In this document: positions 52,021 through 62,279 of the stretch, piece after piece
Layout: every line of letters starts with the position of its first letter
Position numbering within the stretch: position 1 is the first letter of the stretch
NCBI GenBank assembly: GCA_902801525.1
Contig: CADCIN010000005.1
Coordinates: forward strand, 1,132-65,131
Length of the DNA stretch: 64,000 nucleotides
DNA from: an uncultured Erysipelotrichaceae bacterium
Lineage (GTDB): Bacteria; Bacillota_I; Bacilli_A; RF39; UBA660
Reading direction: 5' to 3'
Notes under the pieces: generated by a model
Told to the model about the DNA's origin: nothing
The model's input: only the letters and a program-made list of their open reading frames with translations
The model's database searches: none
Program-made: the position numbers and the translations under genes

Positions 52021-52675
52021 AAATGGGAAGGAAATGCCTATGAAATTAAAAAAATCATTAAAAAAGAAACTATATATATTTTTAGCACTAGTAGTACTTG
52101 CAACAGTAGGACTAGGAATTTATCACTTTGTATTTAAAAGTAATAATACTGTAAAGGAAGCTAAAGTAGTAAATAAAATACCTGGATATGGTTACGAATT
52201 AAAAGATAATAAAACAAAAGAATATAAAGAAATGTTTGAAGATTTAAAAAAAATACTAACATCAAAAAATGTAGATGAAGAAAAATATGTAAAACAAATA
52301 TCTAAGATGTTTGTATATGACTTTTATTCATTAAATGATAAATCAGCAAAAACAGATGTAGGTGGAATAGACTTTGTATATGAATCTGTAAAAACTAACT
52401 TTTTAAATAATGCAGAATCTACTTATTATAAATATGTAGAAAGCAATATCTATAATCAAAGAAAACAACAACTACCAGTAGTATCAGTAAAAGATATTAA
52501 AATAAATGAAGTTACTAAGGATTCTTTTGAATATAATGATGAAGAAGATGAAGAAGCTTATTCAGTTGAAGTTTCATGGGATTATACAGATTCAAAATAT
52601 AGTGATTATCAAAAGAAAGTAACTCTAATATTTGTACATGATGATAAGAAATTATCATTAGTAGAATTAAACTAA
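52010..52675 (+). CDS. Hypothetical membrane-anchored protein
   Basis: N-terminal TM; the true start is probably a later Met. Confidence 0.72.
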   Translation: MQNKNGKEMPMKLKKSLKKKLYIFLALVVLATVGLGIYHFVFKSNNTVKEAKVVNKIPGYGYELKDNKTKEYKEMFEDLKKILTSKNVDEEKYVKQISKMFVYDFYSLNDKSAKTDVGGIDFVYESVKTNFLNNAESTYYKYVESNIYNQRKQQLPVVSVKDIKINEVTKDSFEYNDEEDEEAYSVEVSWDYTDSKYSDYQKKVTLIFVHDDKKLSLVELN

Positions 52676-52740
52676 TTTCTTGTGAAAACAGGAAATTTTT
52701 TTATTAAAAAATATAAAAAGATGCTATAATAACATTAGAG

Positions 52741-53685
52741 GTGTTATGCATGAAAAAATGTGTGATAATTAAGAATCCTGAAAGTGGAAAACTAAAAAAA
52801 TTACCATCCTCTGACGAGGTTTACGATACATTATTAAAATACGGCTATAATACAGAAATAAAGTATACAAAAAAGAAAAAAGATGCAACTGAGATTATAA
52901 AGTCACTTCCAGATGATATTGATCTTGTAATAAGTGCTGGGGGAGATGGAACTTTAAACGAAGTAGTTACTGGTAATGAACAAAGAAAAAAAAAATTAAC
53001 TATTGCAAATCTTCCAATGGGTACAACCAATGATGTGGGTAATATGTATGGATTCACAAGAAACAATTATAAAAATTTAGAAATTTTGTTAAAAGGTGTT
53101 AAAAAGAAAATAGATGTATGTTTCATAGATAAGACACCCTTTATTTATGTAGCATGTTTAGGTGACTATATAGATATGGCCTATAATACTCCAAGAGACT
53201 TAAAGAAAAAATATGGAAAAGTTGCATATGCGTTATATGGATTAAAACAAATAACCAATAAAATAAATAGATACAAAGTAAGATATAAAATAGATGGAAA
53301 AGAATATACTGGAGAATATTCATTTTTCTTTATTACTAACTCATCAAGAGTCGCAGGTGTAGATGATATATATTATGATGTAAAATTAAATGATAATATG
53401 TTTGAAGTAGCCTTCGCAGATTTAAAGACAAAAAAGGATATCTTAAGAACTTTCTTTCAAATAACAAATAATGATGTTAAAAGTGTAAAAAATATAACTT
53501 ATTATCAAACAGATAATTTAGAAATAGAATTTTTAGATAAACAAAAAACATCATGGTGTATTGATGGAGAAGAATATAAATCAGAGAATAATATTTTTAA
53601 ATTTAGTGTAAAACAAGATCAAAAGATGTTAATGCCAAAAGAAAATATAAATAAATTATTTAAAGAAAATGATGAAAAAAAATAA
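52741..53685 (+). CDS. Diacylglycerol kinase family lipid kinase (YegS/BmrU-like)
   Basis: NPESG, AGGDGTLNEV, PMGTTND, CIDGE. Confidence 0.9.
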   Translation: MLCMKKCVIIKNPESGKLKKLPSSDEVYDTLLKYGYNTEIKYTKKKKDATEIIKSLPDDIDLVISAGGDGTLNEVVTGNEQRKKKLTIANLPMGTTNDVGNMYGFTRNNYKNLEILLKGVKKKIDVCFIDKTPFIYVACLGDYIDMAYNTPRDLKKKYGKVAYALYGLKQITNKINRYKVRYKIDGKEYTGEYSFFFITNSSRVAGVDDIYYDVKLNDNMFEVAFADLKTKKDILRTFFQITNNDVKSVKNITYYQTDNLEIEFLDKQKTSWCIDGEEYKSENNIFKFSVKQDQKMLMPKENINKLFKENDEKK

Positions 53686-53700
53686 ATATTAATAATATAA

Positions 53701-53731
53701 ATAAGAAGTATATTTATACTTCTTATTTTTT
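53701..53731 (+). terminator. Intrinsic terminator
   Basis: ATAAGAAGTAT-attt-ATACTTCTTAT followed by a T tract. Confidence 0.8.
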
Positions 53732-53773
53732 GTCGAAAAATGACATGCGAATAAAATGTAAGGTTTTGTCGAA
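53731..53773 (+). promoter_or_regulatory. Two perfect Spo0A (0A) boxes upstream of spoIIAA
   Basis: TGTCGAA at 53731-53737 and 53767-53773 (consensus TGNCGAA), in the position expected for the spoIIA operon. Confidence 0.75.
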
Positions 53774-53823
53774 AAGGTATAAAAATAATAAAAAATATTC
53801 TATATTGTAAAAGAGGTGGAAAA

Positions 53824-54162
53824 ATGTTAAAACTCCAGAAACAAGTAAGTAAAGGAATAATGTTTATAAGATTATCGGGAGATTTAAATATTTCTTCTTT
53901 TAATAAGTTATCAGATGAAATAAATTATTTATTATATAATCAAGGTATTCATTATTATGTATTTAACTTTAAAGAAATAGATAAAATAGATCAAAATATA
54001 TTTCTTAAATTACAAAATAAATTAGTTGAAATATTTTTAAGTTGTGGAAAAGTAGTCATGTGTGGATTAAATGAAATAACAAAAAAACAAATAGGTAGTA
54101 CTAAAGATAGTTTATTTTATGTAAATAAAGAAAAAGAAGCATTTAATTATATTTGCTTATAA
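53824..54162 (+). CDS. spoIIAA: STAS-domain anti-anti-sigma factor, SpoIIAA-like (degenerate)
   Basis: IRLSGDL, FNFKEIDKID, VVMCGLN pattern; 0A boxes upstream; directly before sigF and spoVA. Confidence 0.75.
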   Translation: MLKLQKQVSKGIMFIRLSGDLNISSFNKLSDEINYLLYNQGIHYYVFNFKEIDKIDQNIFLKLQNKLVEIFLSCGKVVMCGLNEITKKQIGSTKDSLFYVNKEKEAFNYICL

Positions 54163-54172
54163 AGGAGATAAA

Positions 54173-54811
54173 ATGGATAATATATTAGAGTATGAAAAAT
54201 TAGTAAAAAGTATATGTAATAGGTATTGTAAGTATGATGATTTTGATGATTTATATCAAGTAGGTATGATTGGTCTAATAAATGCTAAAAAAAAATATAA
54301 AGAAAATAAAAATACAAAATTTTCAACATATGCTTATTATTATATATTAGGAGAAGTAACTAAATATATCAGAGAAAATAGACTAATAAAAATAAGTCCA
54401 GAAATAATTAAATTATCAAAAAAAATAGAAAAAGAAAAAAGTGTTATGATTCAAAAATTGGGTAGAGAACCATCCATACTGGAATTATCTTTATATTTAG
54501 GAATAAATGAAGAAAAAATTAAAGAGGTAGAAGAATCAAAAAAAATAATAAAAAGCTTAGATTACAGTGAAGAAGAAATATCTAATCTATATGATTATGT
54601 AAAAGTATATGATAAAAATATTAATGAAAATGTATTAGATTTAAAAAATGAATTAAAAAAATTATCTAAAGAAGAACAAAGTATAATAGTAGATAGATAT
54701 TTTGAAGAAATGTCTCAAAGGGAAACTAGTGAGAATTTAGGAATAAGTCAGCCACAAGTATCCAGAAAAGAAGAAAAAATATTAAAGAAATTAAAAACTA
54801 GATTAATCTAG
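54173..54811 (+). CDS. sigF: Sporulation sigma factor, SigF/SigG family (positionally SigF)
   Basis: DDLYQVGMIGL, KFSTYA...ILGEV, LGREPS, RYFEEMSQRETSENLGISQPQVSR. Confidence 0.8.
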   Translation: MDNILEYEKLVKSICNRYCKYDDFDDLYQVGMIGLINAKKKYKENKNTKFSTYAYYYILGEVTKYIRENRLIKISPEIIKLSKKIEKEKSVMIQKLGREPSILELSLYLGINEEKIKEVEESKKIIKSLDYSEEEISNLYDYVKVYDKNINENVLDLKNELKKLSKEEQSIIVDRYFEEMSQRETSENLGISQPQVSRKEEKILKKLKTRLI

Positions 54812-54850
54812 TTTTTTTGTATATAAAAATATAATTAGTAAACAATAATA

Positions 54851-55300
54851 ATGGTGAATAAAATGAAAAAATTAAAATATGAACAAATAGCAGCTAAATA
54901 TAGACCTATTGAAAATAAAAGAAAAAATATGTTGAAAGCCTTTATATCAGGAGGATTAATAGGAATGTTTGGTGAATTAATAATAGAAATTTTATGTATA
55001 AAGACTCATATATCAAGATCTGAAGCACAAACTTACATGATTATATTCTTTATATTTATATCATCACTATTTACTTCACTTGGTTTCTTTGACAAATTAG
55101 TAACCAAATATAAATGTGGCCTGTTAATTCCAATAACAGGATTTGCTCATTCTATGACCTCAGCTGCACTTGATTATAAAAGAGAAGGCTTAATATATGG
55201 GCTTGGTTCAAATATTTTCAAATTATCTGGTTCGGTAATTGTATATGGTGTATTATCAGCATGGTTTTTTGGAATGATTAGATACTTTATAGGAGGATAA
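54851..55300 (+). CDS. spoVAC: Stage V sporulation protein AC
   Basis: AFISGGLIG, GLLIPITGFAHSMTSAAL, FKLSGSVIVYG. Confidence 0.92.
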   Translation: MVNKMKKLKYEQIAAKYRPIENKRKNMLKAFISGGLIGMFGELIIEILCIKTHISRSEAQTYMIIFFIFISSLFTSLGFFDKLVTKYKCGLLIPITGFAHSMTSAALDYKREGLIYGLGSNIFKLSGSVIVYGVLSAWFFGMIRYFIGG

Positions 55301-55301
55301 T

Positions 55302-56288
55302 ATGAAATTTAAAAGTGTTTTTTTAAAAGAGACAACAACAATAGCTGGACCATATGAAAAAAAGGGACCATTATATAATTATTTTGATAAAACTTATAAT
55401 GATTTTTATTTTGGAGAAAAGTCATTTGAAAAAGCTGAAATAAAAATATCAAAAGAAAGTATAAATATGTTACAAAAGAAAATAGGACTTAATTATACTG
55501 ATATAGATCTAATTGTAGGAGGAGATTTATCAAATCAAATTGCAATTACTTCACTAGCATCTCAAAATAAAAGTAAAAGTTTTCTAGGAATATATGGTGC
55601 ATGCTCAACAAGTATAGAAGCAATCATAATAGCATCTTCATTTATAGATAGTAAAAAAATAAAAAATGCTATTGTTACAGTATCATCTCACAATTTGACG
55701 AGTGAAAAACAGTTTCGAAATCCTGTAGAGTATGGAGCACCAAGACCGGATACAGCAACATTTACTTCAACAGGTGCATCTTCTATTTTACTTACAAATG
55801 AAAAGACAGAAATAAAAATTGAATCTGCAACAATAGGAAAAATAATTGATTTTAATCAAAATGATGTAAATAATATGGGGAAAGTTATGGCACCAGCAGC
55901 AGCAGATACCATAAAAAAACACTTAGATGAAACAAAAAGAAAACCTGATTATTATGATTTGATTTTAACAGGAGATTTAGGAATATATGGAAGAGAAATA
56001 TTAATTGAATATATGTTAAAAGAATATAATATAGATTTATCAAATAATTATAATGATTGTGGTACTATGCTATATGATTTAAATAACCAAAAAGAAGTAA
56101 AAGCGGGGGGAAGTGGACCAGTATGTAGTGCATTAGTAAATTTCTCATATATATATCAAATGCTAAGAAAGAAAAAAATGAAAAGAGTATTATTGGTTGC
56201 AACAGGTGCACTTTTCTCACCTACAACTCTAAATCAAAAAGAAAATATTTTATCAATTGCACATGCAATTAGTTTGGAGGCTCTATAA
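55302..56288 (+). CDS. spoVAD: Stage V sporulation protein AD
   Basis: GPYEKKGPL, GDLSNQ, YGACST, EKQFRNPVEYG, MAPAA, TGDLG, GGSG, ATGALFSP. Confidence 0.95.
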   Translation: MKFKSVFLKETTTIAGPYEKKGPLYNYFDKTYNDFYFGEKSFEKAEIKISKESINMLQKKIGLNYTDIDLIVGGDLSNQIAITSLASQNKSKSFLGIYGACSTSIEAIIIASSFIDSKKIKNAIVTVSSHNLTSEKQFRNPVEYGAPRPDTATFTSTGASSILLTNEKTEIKIESATIGKIIDFNQNDVNNMGKVMAPAAADTIKKHLDETKRKPDYYDLILTGDLGIYGREILIEYMLKEYNIDLSNNYNDCGTMLYDLNNQKEVKAGGSGPVCSALVNFSYIYQMLRKKKMKRVLLVATGALFSPTTLNQKENILSIAHAISLEAL

Positions 56289-56638
56289 TGTTATTAGTAA
56301 ATTCATTTTTATTTTGCGGATTACTTTGTTTGATATCTCAAATAATATTAGATAATACAAAACTAACTCCTGGACATATAACAAGTATATTAGTAGTAAT
56401 AGGAGCTTTTCTAGATTCATTTAGTTTGTATGATATAATAATAAAAAAAGTAGGAGGAGGAGCACTTCTACCAATTACAAGTTTTGGACACTCGCTAATA
56501 CATGGAGCACTTGCTAAAACAAGTTCATATGGATTACTTGGGATTTTAATGGGAATGTTTGATTTAACTGCATCAGGTATCACAAGTGCAATCATATTTG
56601 CAGCAATATTTTCATTAATATTCAATCCAAAAGACTAA
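56288..56638 (+). CDS. spoVAE: Stage V sporulation protein AE (SpoVAEb-type)
   Basis: KLTPGHI, GALLPITSFGHSL, FDLTASGI. Confidence 0.9.
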   Translation: MLLVNSFLFCGLLCLISQIILDNTKLTPGHITSILVVIGAFLDSFSLYDIIIKKVGGGALLPITSFGHSLIHGALAKTSSYGLLGILMGMFDLTASGITSAIIFAAIFSLIFNPKD

Positions 56639-56675
56639 GAATATATCAATTTTTAATAGAAGAAAACATAAAAAG

Positions 56676-56703
56676 AATTAGACACAGATGTGTCTAATTT
56701 TAA
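56676..56703 (+). terminator. Hairpin after spoVAE
   Basis: AATTAGACAC-agat-GTGTCTAATT plus T tract. Confidence 0.75.
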
Positions 56704-56851
56704 TTTACAATAATTTACAGAATAAAAGAATATGTTTACAATAACAAGTGTAAATTTTATATTACCTTGTATCAAGATTATTTACAAAATTACTAATCTA
56801 AATTATAATAATAAGTTATGATAAAAATTTGGTAATAATGGAGAAAATAAA

Positions 56852-58776
56852 ATGGAAAGAGAAGATTTAGAAGAATATAAAAAGAAATTAACAAAATTAA
56901 AAGAAGAAGAAAAAAATTAAGAGATGAACATCAAAGAAAATTTGCAACTGGAGAAATTCAAGGTCCTCCTGTCGGATATTCTAGTATTGATAAAACATGG
57001 TTAAAACACTACGATGCTGAAAAACTAAAACAAGATATTCCACAAATGTCTATTTTTCAATATTTAGTTGAATCATCAAAAAATAATCTTGATAAAACCG
57101 CAATTGATATAAGAATGAGTTTTAATAATTTTGATAAAAGCATAAGAACAATTACATATAGAGAATTCTTAGAAGAAACAGTTACTCTTGCTTGTGGCTT
57201 AAAAACATATGGAATTGACGAGAATCAAATGCTTTTAGAAATGCTTCCAAATTTAATTGAAAGTAGAGAAGCAATATATGGACAGAATGCCAATGGAACA
57301 ACAGTTTATCCAATATCACCAATGATTCCAGCTTTTAAATTAGAAAAAATTGTTGAAAAAAACAGTATTAAAAATGTAATAATGTTTGGAGCATTTTATG
57401 ATAAATTTAATGACCAATTAAAAAATGAAAAAATTGAACATATTTTTTATTTAGATGGATTGGAATCATTTAATCCATTACTAAAAAAAGCTGTAAAATT
57501 AAAAGATAAAGAAGTTAAATTCAAAATACCAAATGATCCGAGAATTGTAACATGGGAAACTTTATTGAATAAAGGAAAAGAATTTAGAAAAAAACATAAT
57601 ATTAGAACATATAAAGATTTTAATAGTTATTATGAAAAAAATTATATTGCAGCAGTTGTAGGTACAAGTGGAACAACAGGTGTGCCTAAAGGTGCATGTC
57701 TATCAGATACTGCAATAAATGCAAGTGATTTTAGTGAGAGAATTCCAGAACCATTTAAGCCTGGTGAAGTTAATTTAGATGTACTTATTCAGTCAATATC
57801 ATATGGTATTGGTATAATGCACCATACAATGTCTGGTGGATTAAATAATATTGTAATTCCTGAATTGGTAACTGACAAACTACCAATGTTATTGAAAAAA
57901 TTTAAACCAGAAAATTTCTCTGGCGGACCTATTCACTATGAAAATATAATAAAAAGTAAAGAATTTAAAAATTAAGAATTGGTTAAACCTAAGAATTATT
58001 TATGTGGAGGAGCATCTCTATCTAAAAAAACAGAGCAAGAACTAAATGGAAATATTGATGAAAATTATATTGAACCAAAAGAAGGAGAATCAAAAGTATT
58101 TGTTCGACAAGGACTTGGTGCAACAGAAAATGTAGGTACCGGTATTTTTACAACTAGAGGATCATATAAATTGGGAAGTGTGGGAATTCCTATTGCATTA
58201 TCAAATTGTGCAATATTTAAAACTGGTACTGACGAAGAAGTCCAAACTGGAGAAATCGGTGAAATTTGCATGTCTGGACCAACAATGATGGAATATTATT
58301 TAAATAATTCAGAAGAAACAAATAAAGTTTTGAAAAGACATTCAGATGGAACAACATGGTTACATCTTGGTGATGAAGGATACATGGATAAAGACGGAAA
58401 TGTATTTATGTTAGATAGATATAAAAATATTTTTATGAGGAATGGATTCAATGTTCATCCTAAAAAAATAGCAGAAACTTTATTAAAATCAGACGATGTA
58501 GAAAATTGTTATGTAACAGGTGTAAAACATCCAGTAGAAATGAGTGTTCCTGTAGCATTTGTAGTATTAAAAGATGGTGTAAATGAAGAAAAAGCCATAA
58601 AAGAATTAAATGAATTATGTTATTCAAATCTTGATGAATATTAAGTTCCATATGACTATAAATTTGTAAAAGAACTTCCTTTAAACTTAGATGGAAAAGT
58701 AGATGTAAAAAAATTACTTGAAGATAATGATGTAGATTATTCTAATTCCAAAGAGAGCAAAATGAATTTAAGATAA
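56852..58776 (+). pseudogene. Class I adenylate-forming (AMP-binding, acyl-CoA synthetase-like) enzyme, disrupted
   Basis: GTSGTTGVPKG, GLGATE, HLGD..Y.D, DRYK motifs. One frameshift in an A-run near 56910 and in-frame TAA stops at 57973-57975 and 58642-58644; the frame continues to TAA 58774-58776. Confidence 0.88.
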
Positions 58777-58792
58777 GAAAGGAGGTAATATT

Positions 58793-60751
58793 GTGAAATA
58801 TATTAGTGTAAGTTTTTCATCTTGTTGTTTATTATTCTTAATCATAATTTTTATTAATTATGCTTTAAAAAAGAAAATTAAAACAGTTGAAACCAAGATT
58901 TATTTATATATTTTAATAGTAAATTTATTACTATTATTAACAGATATTGGTGGATTCCTTATATATAATTTAGAATGGACAAGTGAAATAACAAAAGTAA
59001 TTATTTCAAAAATTTATTTATGCATTTATATGATCTATGGATATGTTTTTGCAAGCTATGCTACACTCGTAATTTCAAAAAAAGAAAAAATTAAAACAAT
59101 TTTAAATCAAACATTAAAAATAACAACTTTAATTGCATGTATAATATGTATTTTATCACCACTTTCATTTAAAGAAACAACAGATATGATTAGACCAATT
59201 GGCCTTGCAGTAAATGCAGGATATATATATGCTTTATCACTATTTATTTATGTAATAATTTTAGGATTAATTGATTTTAAACAAATAATAAGAGAAAAAA
59301 ATAAAAAAGTAATACCACTTATATCATTGTATTTTTTAAGTGGAATAGCAATATTAGTACAATACAGTCATCCTGAAATAATTTTATTACTTACTGCAGA
59401 TACATTAGTAACTTTTATAATGTATCATACAATAGAAAATCCTGATATGAGAATGCTAAATGAAATGACTCTTGCAAAAGAACAAGCTGAAAAGGCAAAT
59501 CGTGCTAAATCAGACTTTTTATCTAGTATGTCTCATGAAATAAGAACACCACTTAATGAAATCGTTGGCTTTTCAGAGGATATTCAAGATAATAAGGATA
59601 AAGCAGATCCATTGATAGTAGAAGATGCTGTGTATATTATGGAAGCCTCTAACACTTTACTTGAAATTGTTGGTAATATATTAGATATTTCAAAAATTGA
59701 AACAAATAAAATGAAAATAATAGATAATAATTACGATTTTAAGGCAGAAGTATCTAGTCTTGCTCATATAGATTCAACAAGAATAGGTGATAAGCCAATT
59801 GACTTTAAAATGGAAATTGCTGAAGATATTCCAGATGAATTAATTGGTGATAAGGGAAAAGTGAAAGAAGTGGTTAACAATCTGCTTACTAATGCCATTA
59901 AATATACTGAAAAAGGTGAAATTAAATTATCTTGTAAATGTATTAATCAAGGTAATGTTTGTAATTTGTTTATCTCTGTACAAGATACTGGTAGAGGTAT
60001 TTCAGAAGAAAATATTAAAAAGTTATTTACAAAGTTTGAACGACTTGATGTAGAAAGAAATTCAACAGTAGAAGGTACTGGACTTGGTCTTGCAATTACA
60101 AAAAGTTTAGTTGAAATGATGGGTGGTAAAATAAATGTTAAATCACAATTTGGAATTGGTACAATGTTTATGGTTCAATTACCACAAAAAATAGCTAAAA
60201 GAAGTAGTACTAACGTTGAAACAATATTAGTTCATCAAGCAACTTCCAATTTACCAAAAATGACTCAAGAAGTAATTGAAAAGACAAATATAAACACAAA
60301 TATTCAAGTAAATATAATTGCTAAAGCAAATATTAATTATTCAAATAGAAGACTATTATTAGTAGATGATAACAGACTTAATATAAAAGTTGCAATGCGT
60401 GCACTTGAACCGCTAAATATTATAGTAGATACATGTGAAAATGGACAAGAATCAATAGATAAAGTAAAAGCAAATAATAATTATGATATTATTTTAATGG
60501 ATATAATGATGCCAGTAATGTCAGGTGAGACTGCATTAAGTAATTTAAAAAAAATTCCAGGATTTAAAACTCCTGTAATTGCATTAACTGCAGATGCAGT
60601 TGCTGGTGCCAAAGAAAAATATATTTCTGAAGGATTTATAGATTATATAGCTAAACCATTTAGTAAAGAGCAAATAAAAGAAAAATTAGATGAAATATTT
60701 AAAAATGAAAAATCAGTAAATACAGCAGATCAAAAAGAAGAAATATTATAA
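58793..60751 (+). CDS. Hybrid sensor histidine kinase/response regulator (multi-TM, HisKA, HATPase, REC)
   Basis: SMSHEIRTPL, NNLLTNAIKYT, DTGRGI, GTGLGL, LLVDDN, MDIMMP. Confidence 0.95.
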   Translation: MKYISVSFSSCCLLFLIIIFINYALKKKIKTVETKIYLYILIVNLLLLLTDIGGFLIYNLEWTSEITKVIISKIYLCIYMIYGYVFASYATLVISKKEKIKTILNQTLKITTLIACIICILSPLSFKETTDMIRPIGLAVNAGYIYALSLFIYVIILGLIDFKQIIREKNKKVIPLISLYFLSGIAILVQYSHPEIILLLTADTLVTFIMYHTIENPDMRMLNEMTLAKEQAEKANRAKSDFLSSMSHEIRTPLNEIVGFSEDIQDNKDKADPLIVEDAVYIMEASNTLLEIVGNILDISKIETNKMKIIDNNYDFKAEVSSLAHIDSTRIGDKPIDFKMEIAEDIPDELIGDKGKVKEVVNNLLTNAIKYTEKGEIKLSCKCINQGNVCNLFISVQDTGRGISEENIKKLFTKFERLDVERNSTVEGTGLGLAITKSLVEMMGGKINVKSQFGIGTMFMVQLPQKIAKRSSTNVETILVHQATSNLPKMTQEVIEKTNINTNIQVNIIAKANINYSNRRLLLVDDNRLNIKVAMRALEPLNIIVDTCENGQESIDKVKANNNYDIILMDIMMPVMSGETALSNLKKIPGFKTPVIALTADAVAGAKEKYISEGFIDYIAKPFSKEQIKEKLDEIFKNEKSVNTADQKEEIL

Positions 60752-60755
60752 AAGG

Positions 60756-60780
60756 AAGTACATAATATGTACTTTTTTTA
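60756..60780 (+). terminator. Intrinsic terminator
   Basis: AAGTACAT-aat-ATGTACTT plus T tract. Confidence 0.75.
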
Positions 60781-60900
60781 GTATTTGAAAATATAATTAA
60801 ATGAATTAATAGATAAAGATTAGTTGAAAATAAAAGATTAATATGTTAAAATAATAAACTATTAAAGAAGATTATAAAATTAATAGAAAGGAAGTATATT

Positions 60901-61305
60901 ATGATTGATAAATTAAAAAACGGAGAATTACTTGCAATCGCATTATTATATAAAAATAAATATATTAATGATCAAGTGTTAACTGAAGAAGAATTAATTA
61001 ATTTTGAAGAAGAAGTATTAAAGAACTTAAGCTCATTAAGTGATTCATTTAAAATTAATAATTTAGATTATTATGATAAACCAGTAATATTTAAATATAA
61101 AAAAGAAGATAATGAAATGAAATATGTACTAAAAGATAATATTAATATAGGCGATGCCTGGAATAGATATATAAGTAATGAACCATTATTTTTAATACTA
61201 GCAACTCTTCAAGAAAATTCCTTAAATGCAATTGGTATGAAAATCAATGAAGGAAAAATTGAAAAGATTGAAGATAAAGAAAAATCAAAAAAACTAACTA
61301 ATTAG
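60901..61305 (+). CDS. Hypothetical protein
   Basis: RBS GAAAGGAAG, 134 aa, no family recognised. Confidence 0.7.
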   Translation: MIDKLKNGELLAIALLYKNKYINDQVLTEEELINFEEEVLKNLSSLSDSFKINNLDYYDKPVIFKYKKEDNEMKYVLKDNINIGDAWNRYISNEPLFLILATLQENSLNAIGMKINEGKIEKIEDKEKSKKLTN

Positions 61306-61325
61306 AGTCATTAGACTCTTTTTTT

Positions 61326-61354
61326 GTATAGTTTTTAAGCCACTCGCATAAATT
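61326..61354 (+). promoter_or_regulatory. Sigma-E-like promoter of cotE
   Basis: GTATA-N16-CATAAATT upstream of RBS GAGGAGG. Confidence 0.55.
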
Positions 61355-61372
61355 AGAATGAGGAGGGTTATT

Positions 61373-61921
61373 ATGCCAAATTATAGAGAAATAGTCACTA
61401 AGGCAGTAATTGGCAAAGGTAAAAAGAAATTCATATCTAGTAATTTTATTAAAGCTGGGAATAAGCCATCAACTATACTTGGATGCTGGATAATTAATCA
61501 TGATTTTCAAGGAACAAAAATAGATAATAAAATAAGGATAAATGGAAAATATGATATTAATATTTGGTACTCTTATGATAATGATACAAAAACAGATGTA
61601 ATAAAAAAAGAAGATACATATGAAGAAATTGTTAAAATGCATACAAGAGAAGAAACGTCTGATAATGAACAAATAATAATAAGAAGTTTATCCGGACCAA
61701 CTTGTAGTAAAATTGAAATAGATGGAGAAAATATTAATTATAGTGTTGAAAAAGAACTTGGAATAGAATTAGTTGGAGATATCAAAGTAAAAATAGAAAC
61801 AAATGAAGAAGAGGATGCTTGGGATGAAATAGTAGAAGAGACAGAAAATAATAAAAAAGTAGAAGATCAAATTAATGCCGAAGTAAAAGAAAATTTCCTT
61901 GATGATAAAAATATTATCTAG
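61373..61921 (+). CDS. cotE: Outer spore coat morphogenetic protein CotE
   Basis: YREIVTKAVIGKGKK, PSTILGCWIINH, YDINIWYSY...KTDV. Confidence 0.92.
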   Translation: MPNYREIVTKAVIGKGKKKFISSNFIKAGNKPSTILGCWIINHDFQGTKIDNKIRINGKYDINIWYSYDNDTKTDVIKKEDTYEEIVKMHTREETSDNEQIIIRSLSGPTCSKIEIDGENINYSVEKELGIELVGDIKVKIETNEEEDAWDEIVEETENNKKVEDQINAEVKENFLDDKNII

Positions 61922-61937
61922 TGTTATCAAAAAAAGG

Positions 61938-61966
61938 TTGACAACAATAATGCCATGTTATATAAT
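61938..61966 (+). promoter_or_regulatory. Consensus sigma-A promoter of rpsP
   Basis: TTGACA-17-TATAAT. Confidence 0.85.
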
Positions 61967-62002
61967 AAGTACATCTTAGACAAATGGATTGGAGGGAAAT
62001 AC

Positions 62003-62278
62003 ATGGCAGTTAAATTAAGATTAACAAGAATGGGTGCTAAAAAACATCCAACATACAGAATTGTTGCAACAGATTCTAGAGCAAGAAGAGATGGTCAATA
62101 TCTTGAATTAGTTGGAACATACGCACCAGTAGGTGAAAGAAAAGTTAGAGTTAACGAAGAAGTAGCTTTAAAATGGTTAAATAACGGAGCAATCCCAACT
62201 GATACAGTTAGAAACTTATTAAGTGAAGCTGGAGTTATGAAAAAGTTTGCTGAATCTAAATCAAAGAAGGCTAACTAA
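62003..62278 (+). CDS. rpsP: 30S ribosomal protein S16
   Basis: [31 protein letters not shown]; RBS GGAGG. Confidence 0.98.
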   Translation: MAVKLRLTRMGAKKHPTYRIVATDSRARRDGQYLELVGTYAPVGERKVRVNEEVALKWLNNGAIPTDTVRNLLSEAGVMKKFAESKSKKAN

Positions 62279-62279
62279 T

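Noticed and set aside
57973-58644. In-frame TAA codons suggesting stop-codon recoding or readthrough
   Set aside because: TAA, TAG and TGA all end normal housekeeping genes in this window, and the same gene also has a frameshift; pseudogenisation is simpler.
60756-60774. Palindrome with ACATAATAT resembling part of a Firmicute dif site
   Set aside because: Does not fit the 28-bp XerC/XerD layout; it is a terminator-like hairpin right after a stop codon.
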